DNA from: an uncultured delta proteobacterium
GTDB taxonomy: Bacteria; Desulfobacterota; RBG-13-43-22
Length of the DNA: 64,000 bases
Direction: 5' to 3'
Assembly (NCBI GenBank): GCA_963711835.1
Contig: CAVQFQ010000017.1
Location: 544,001 to 608,000 of the forward strand
The position numbers and the translations under genes are program-made. Numbering within the stretch: the first letter of the stretch is position 1; every line of letters begins with the position of its first letter. Of this stretch, positions 61,050-64,000 are shown piece after piece. The notes below the pieces were generated by a model, which ran no database searches, had not been told where the DNA came from, and was given only the letters and a program-made list of their open reading frames with translations.

Positions 61050-62594
61050 CTATTTTCTTTGGACTTTCTGTTGAAGTGCAGCCATATCTTCGAAGAGCGG
61101 ACTTACCGCCTGGTAAAGGCTTTTATAGATCCGGTATATGACCTCATAGGTTTGATTATCCCCTTCCTTCGGCTTGCAGACATGCTCCACTGAATTGAAG
61201 GAGGCGGCTTCTTCCAATGAATGGATTGCCCCAGCCCCCAACATGGCCCACATGGCGGCCCCGAGGTTGGAAGTCTCTGTCCAGGAAGGGACAAGAAGTT
61301 TTCGGTTGAGTACGTTGGCTACAATCTGTGGCCAGAAAAGAGATTGGGTGAATCCGCCGGAGACCCTGATTTCTCGAATTTCATCGCTGATCTCATTGAG
61401 CACATCATAAATGCTTTTCAGCCGAAAAGCGATCCCTTCCAGGATGGCCCGCGTCAGATGTTCGAGCCTGTGCTCCAAAGAGAGGCCGAAAAACATGGCC
61501 CGTGCGTTCAGGTTCCAGTTAGGACTGCGTTCCCCGGCAAAAAAGGGAAGACAAACCAATCCGCCCCCTCCAATCCCGGCTTTTTGGGCCAGAGAAATCA
61601 AATACTCAAAAGACGGTACTGGCTTTTCTGAAAGCCCAGGGAAGGCCTGGTTGAGGGTATCTCTCAACCAGGAAAGCACCAGCCCCCCGTTATTAATTGC
61701 CCCACCGACCAGCCAACGGTTCTTATCGACCGCATAGCACCAACTGCGGGAATCCCTGTCCAGGATCGGGCGGTGAGTAATGATCCTCAGGGCACCGCTG
61801 GTGCCGACCATGCAGGTTGCCTGCCAGGGATGGACAACACCGGCCCCAAGGCTTGAATTAAAGGCATCTGAAGAACCCATTACCAGAGGTGTATCGGTTG
61901 CGATCCCCATCTCTCCGGCAATCTTGGGATCGAGCCGGTGAAATACGCTCTGCGGCGGGCACAACTCCGAAAGTTGATGCCTTTTTATCCCGGCCAACTC
62001 CAGCGAGAGATCATCCCAGGTAAAAGTATGGATATTCAGGAGACCGGATCCGGCGGCCAGACAATAATCGACCAGGTATTCTCCGGTAAGTTTCTGGAAG
62101 ATATATTCCTTGGCCGAGACAAACCGGGCGGCTTTCCTGTATAGGTCCGGCAGCTCATCGTGTAACCACATTATTTTATATAATGGGTACATCCCGTGAG
62201 GAGGGCACCCGGTTTGCTCATAAAGTCTGCGGGCGATCTCGCTTTTTTTTATTGATTCCCCTTGGGCCACCGCCCGGCCGTCGGCCCAGGTAAGGCCCCC
62301 GCTCAGAGGATTCCCTGAGCCGTCAAGGGCGATAAGGCTATGCAGTGCCCCTCCGATACTCATCGCCGCACAAGATCCGGGAGGATGATCGGCCTTGGCC
62401 AATGCCGCTTGAACCGATTGAATCATCCCGGTCAGCAAGGCCTCGGGATTTTGTTCCTTCCATTTCTGGCGAACATTGTCTGAAGGATACTCGGATTGCC
62501 CAAAACCGATGATGCCTCCTTTAGCATCAACCACGACGGTTTTACAACTGCCGGTACCTACGTCTATTCCCAGAAACCAGGACTTATACATCAT
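61050..62594 (-). CDS. FGGY-family carbohydrate kinase (gluconokinase-like)
   Basis: GIDVGTGSCK, TWADGR, GTSGALR, GGAINNGG, PFFAGERSPNW, SGGFTQS. Confidence 0.85.
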   Translation of the reverse strand: MMYKSWFLGIDVGTGSCKTVVVDAKGGIIGFGQSEYPSDNVRQKWKEQNPEALLTGMIQSVQAALAKADHPPGSCAAMSIGGALHSLIALDGSGNPLSGGLTWADGRAVAQGESIKKSEIARRLYEQTGCPPHGMYPLYKIMWLHDELPDLYRKAARFVSAKEYIFQKLTGEYLVDYCLAAGSGLLNIHTFTWDDLSLELAGIKRHQLSELCPPQSVFHRLDPKIAGEMGIATDTPLVMGSSDAFNSSLGAGVVHPWQATCMVGTSGALRIITHRPILDRDSRSWCYAVDKNRWLVGGAINNGGLVLSWLRDTLNQAFPGLSEKPVPSFEYLISLAQKAGIGGGGLVCLPFFAGERSPNWNLNARAMFFGLSLEHRLEHLTRAILEGIAFRLKSIYDVLNEISDEIREIRVSGGFTQSLFWPQIVANVLNRKLLVPSWTETSNLGAAMWAMLGAGAIHSLEEAASFNSVEHVCKPKEGDNQTYEVIYRIYKSLYQAVSPLFEDMAALQQKVQRK

Positions 62595-62600
62595 AGGAAA

Positions 62601-63677
62601 TTATATCCTCACAGAGCTATGATCGGAGACTTCCGGATTTACCGCATAAGCCGGCCTCTCTCCCCGTAAAACCGTTAGACAGGATTCGAGGGCCATCCAG
62701 CCCATCCTGTTCACGGCTTCATCGGTATGGGCCCCAACGTGGGCGGTAACGATAACTTGAGGAAAGGTTAAAAGGGGATTGTTGCTTTCAGGGGGTTCCT
62801 GGGAAAAACAATCCAAGGCCGCACCGCGCAGGAGTCCGTTCCGGATCGCTTCAGCCAGGGCCGGCTCGTCGACGAGCTCTCCCCGGGCCGTATTGATGAG
62901 AAAAGCCCCTGGTTTCATCCTAACAAGAAAATCCCGGTTGACCATCCCTGCTGTTTCCGGGGTCACGGCGGTATGGAGGGAAACGAAGTCGGCCTGGGAC
63001 AGAAGCCTGTCGAGAGGAACTATGTTAACACCCCACTGTTCTCCCCGGGAAACTTCCACATAGGGGTCATAGACCAGCAGATCGCAGCCGAAACCCTTCA
63101 ACCTTACGGCCACCTCTTTGCCTATGGCTCCAAAACCGATAAGCCCTATGGTCTTTTCGCCAAGGCCCAGGGCCTCTGTCCTGGGCCACTCTCCACGTTT
63201 GGTGCCCTCACAGACGGTCCAAAGTTGACGTGCCAGAGCCAGGATAAAAGTCAAGGTCAATTCAGCGACAGCCGCTGCATTGGCACCCGGGGTATTGGTT
63301 ACCCATATTTTTCTTTGAGTGGCCGCTTTGAGATCGACCCGGTCAACGCCGACCCCATAACGGGCTATTACCCTAAGCCTTGGGGCGGCCTGAATCACCG
63401 CTTCGTTGATTTCATCTAGTCCGGCGATGTATCCATCGATATCTTTCACCAGGGGAATCAACTCGGCTGCTTTTAACGGTCGGCTGGTAGGATTATAGAT
63501 CACCCAGCCGACAAAGGACTCCAGATCGGTTTTCAACCTGGGGTCATTTTTCCCATAAGAAGTCGGGGTGACCAATACCCGGCACTCCGAGAGTGGGCGA
63601 TTGTTGTCTCCTCCAGCCTTATCTAATGAAATCAATTGATCTGATAAGGGTCCTTCTTTCATGATTATCTTTATCAA
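62601..63677 (-). CDS. D-isomer-specific 2-hydroxyacid dehydrogenase (PGDH-like)
   Basis: ARYGVGVDRVD, NTPGANA, GLIGFGAIG, INTARGELVDE, HVGAHT. Confidence 0.9.
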   Translation of the reverse strand: MIKIIMKEGPLSDQLISLDKAGGDNNRPLSECRVLVTPTSYGKNDPRLKTDLESFVGWVIYNPTSRPLKAAELIPLVKDIDGYIAGLDEINEAVIQAAPRLRVIARYGVGVDRVDLKAATQRKIWVTNTPGANAAAVAELTLTFILALARQLWTVCEGTKRGEWPRTEALGLGEKTIGLIGFGAIGKEVAVRLKGFGCDLLVYDPYVEVSRGEQWGVNIVPLDRLLSQADFVSLHTAVTPETAGMVNRDFLVRMKPGAFLINTARGELVDEPALAEAIRNGLLRGAALDCFSQEPPESNNPLLTFPQVIVTAHVGAHTDEAVNRMGWMALESCLTVLRGERPAYAVNPEVSDHSSVRI

Positions 63678-63679
63678 TT

Positions 63680-64000
63680 CTACGGAAGAAGAATAACCTT
63701 GGCGGCCTCGAGATTTTCCAGAAGATGGAAGGCTTCATCCCACTTTTCCAAAGGCATGACATGGGTGATAAGCCGCTCGGCTTTCAACAACCCTTTAGAA
63801 ATAAGTCCCATACTGTGCTCCCAGGCAGTCCAACTGCTGGAAAAACAGAAGTCATAGCGGATGGCCTTAAAGATCCCCCGGTCATAAGGGATGGTCACCT
63901 CGTCCTTCCCCGAAATCCCGATGGCGCATACCCTTCCCAGCCTTCTTACCATTTCGAAGGTCTGAAAAATCGCCTTGCCGCCCCCGGAAGTCTCGATAAG
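63680..64000 (-). CDS. Zn-dependent (MDR) alcohol/sugar dehydrogenase, C-terminal part (5' end outside the window)
   Basis: IETSGGGKAI...LITHVMPLEKWDEAF...KVILLP. Confidence 0.8.
   Translation of the reverse strand, partial: LIETSGGGKAIFQTFEMVRRLGRVCAIGISGKDEVTIPYDRGIFKAIRYDFCFSSSWTAWEHSMGLISKGLLKAERLITHVMPLEKWDEAFHLLENLEAAKVILLP

Noticed and set aside
1-64000. CRISPR arrays, tRNA/rRNA genes, integrases or transposases, selenocysteine read-through
   Set aside because: None was seen by eye: no regularly spaced repeats, cloverleafs, recombinase motifs or in-frame TGA at catalytic Cys positions.

Overview
A gene-dense bacterial chromosomal window, probably from an anaerobic Desulfobacterota/deltaproteobacterial genome (inferred from gene content). 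From left to right it holds: a KdnA-like aminotransferase, an Fe-ADH and a NifA-like activator; a selenium-dependent Mo-hydroxylase maturation cluster (mocA, moeA-like, yqeB, yqeC); a complete Pho regulon (phoBR, porin, phoU, pstSCAB) with visible 11-bp-period Pho boxes; pgeF-pyrK-pyrD; mazEF next to an AT-rich 1018-aa surface protein; a four-subunit 2-oxoacid:ferredoxin oxidoreductase; fabD, hpt and a K+ channel; system II cytochrome c biogenesis genes, ispB and hsp20-lon; bS22, thiDN-thiC-birA; a Zn/Mn uptake cluster; a kdp operon with rearranged regulators; and gluconate-type catabolic genes. Most notable: (1) a DUF2946/CruR-like leader (His-rich, CxxC, RAPP in the +1 frame) whose RAPP codons are complementary to the Shine-Dalgarno of the downstream metal-uptake porin; (2) a Kdp regulatory system with no KdpE in the window, a split kinase-less KdpD, a KdpD-N/Usp/PTS-EIIA fusion, a KinB-like kinase, a sigma54 activator and a -24/-12 promoter; (3) an unassigned ~250-nt structured element at 31.0-31.3 kb; (4) apparent ATT and ATA start codons on hpt and thiD. 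The 44-52 kb stretch has many single-base frameshifts, probably consensus errors. All family assignments come from motif recognition by eye; no searches were run.
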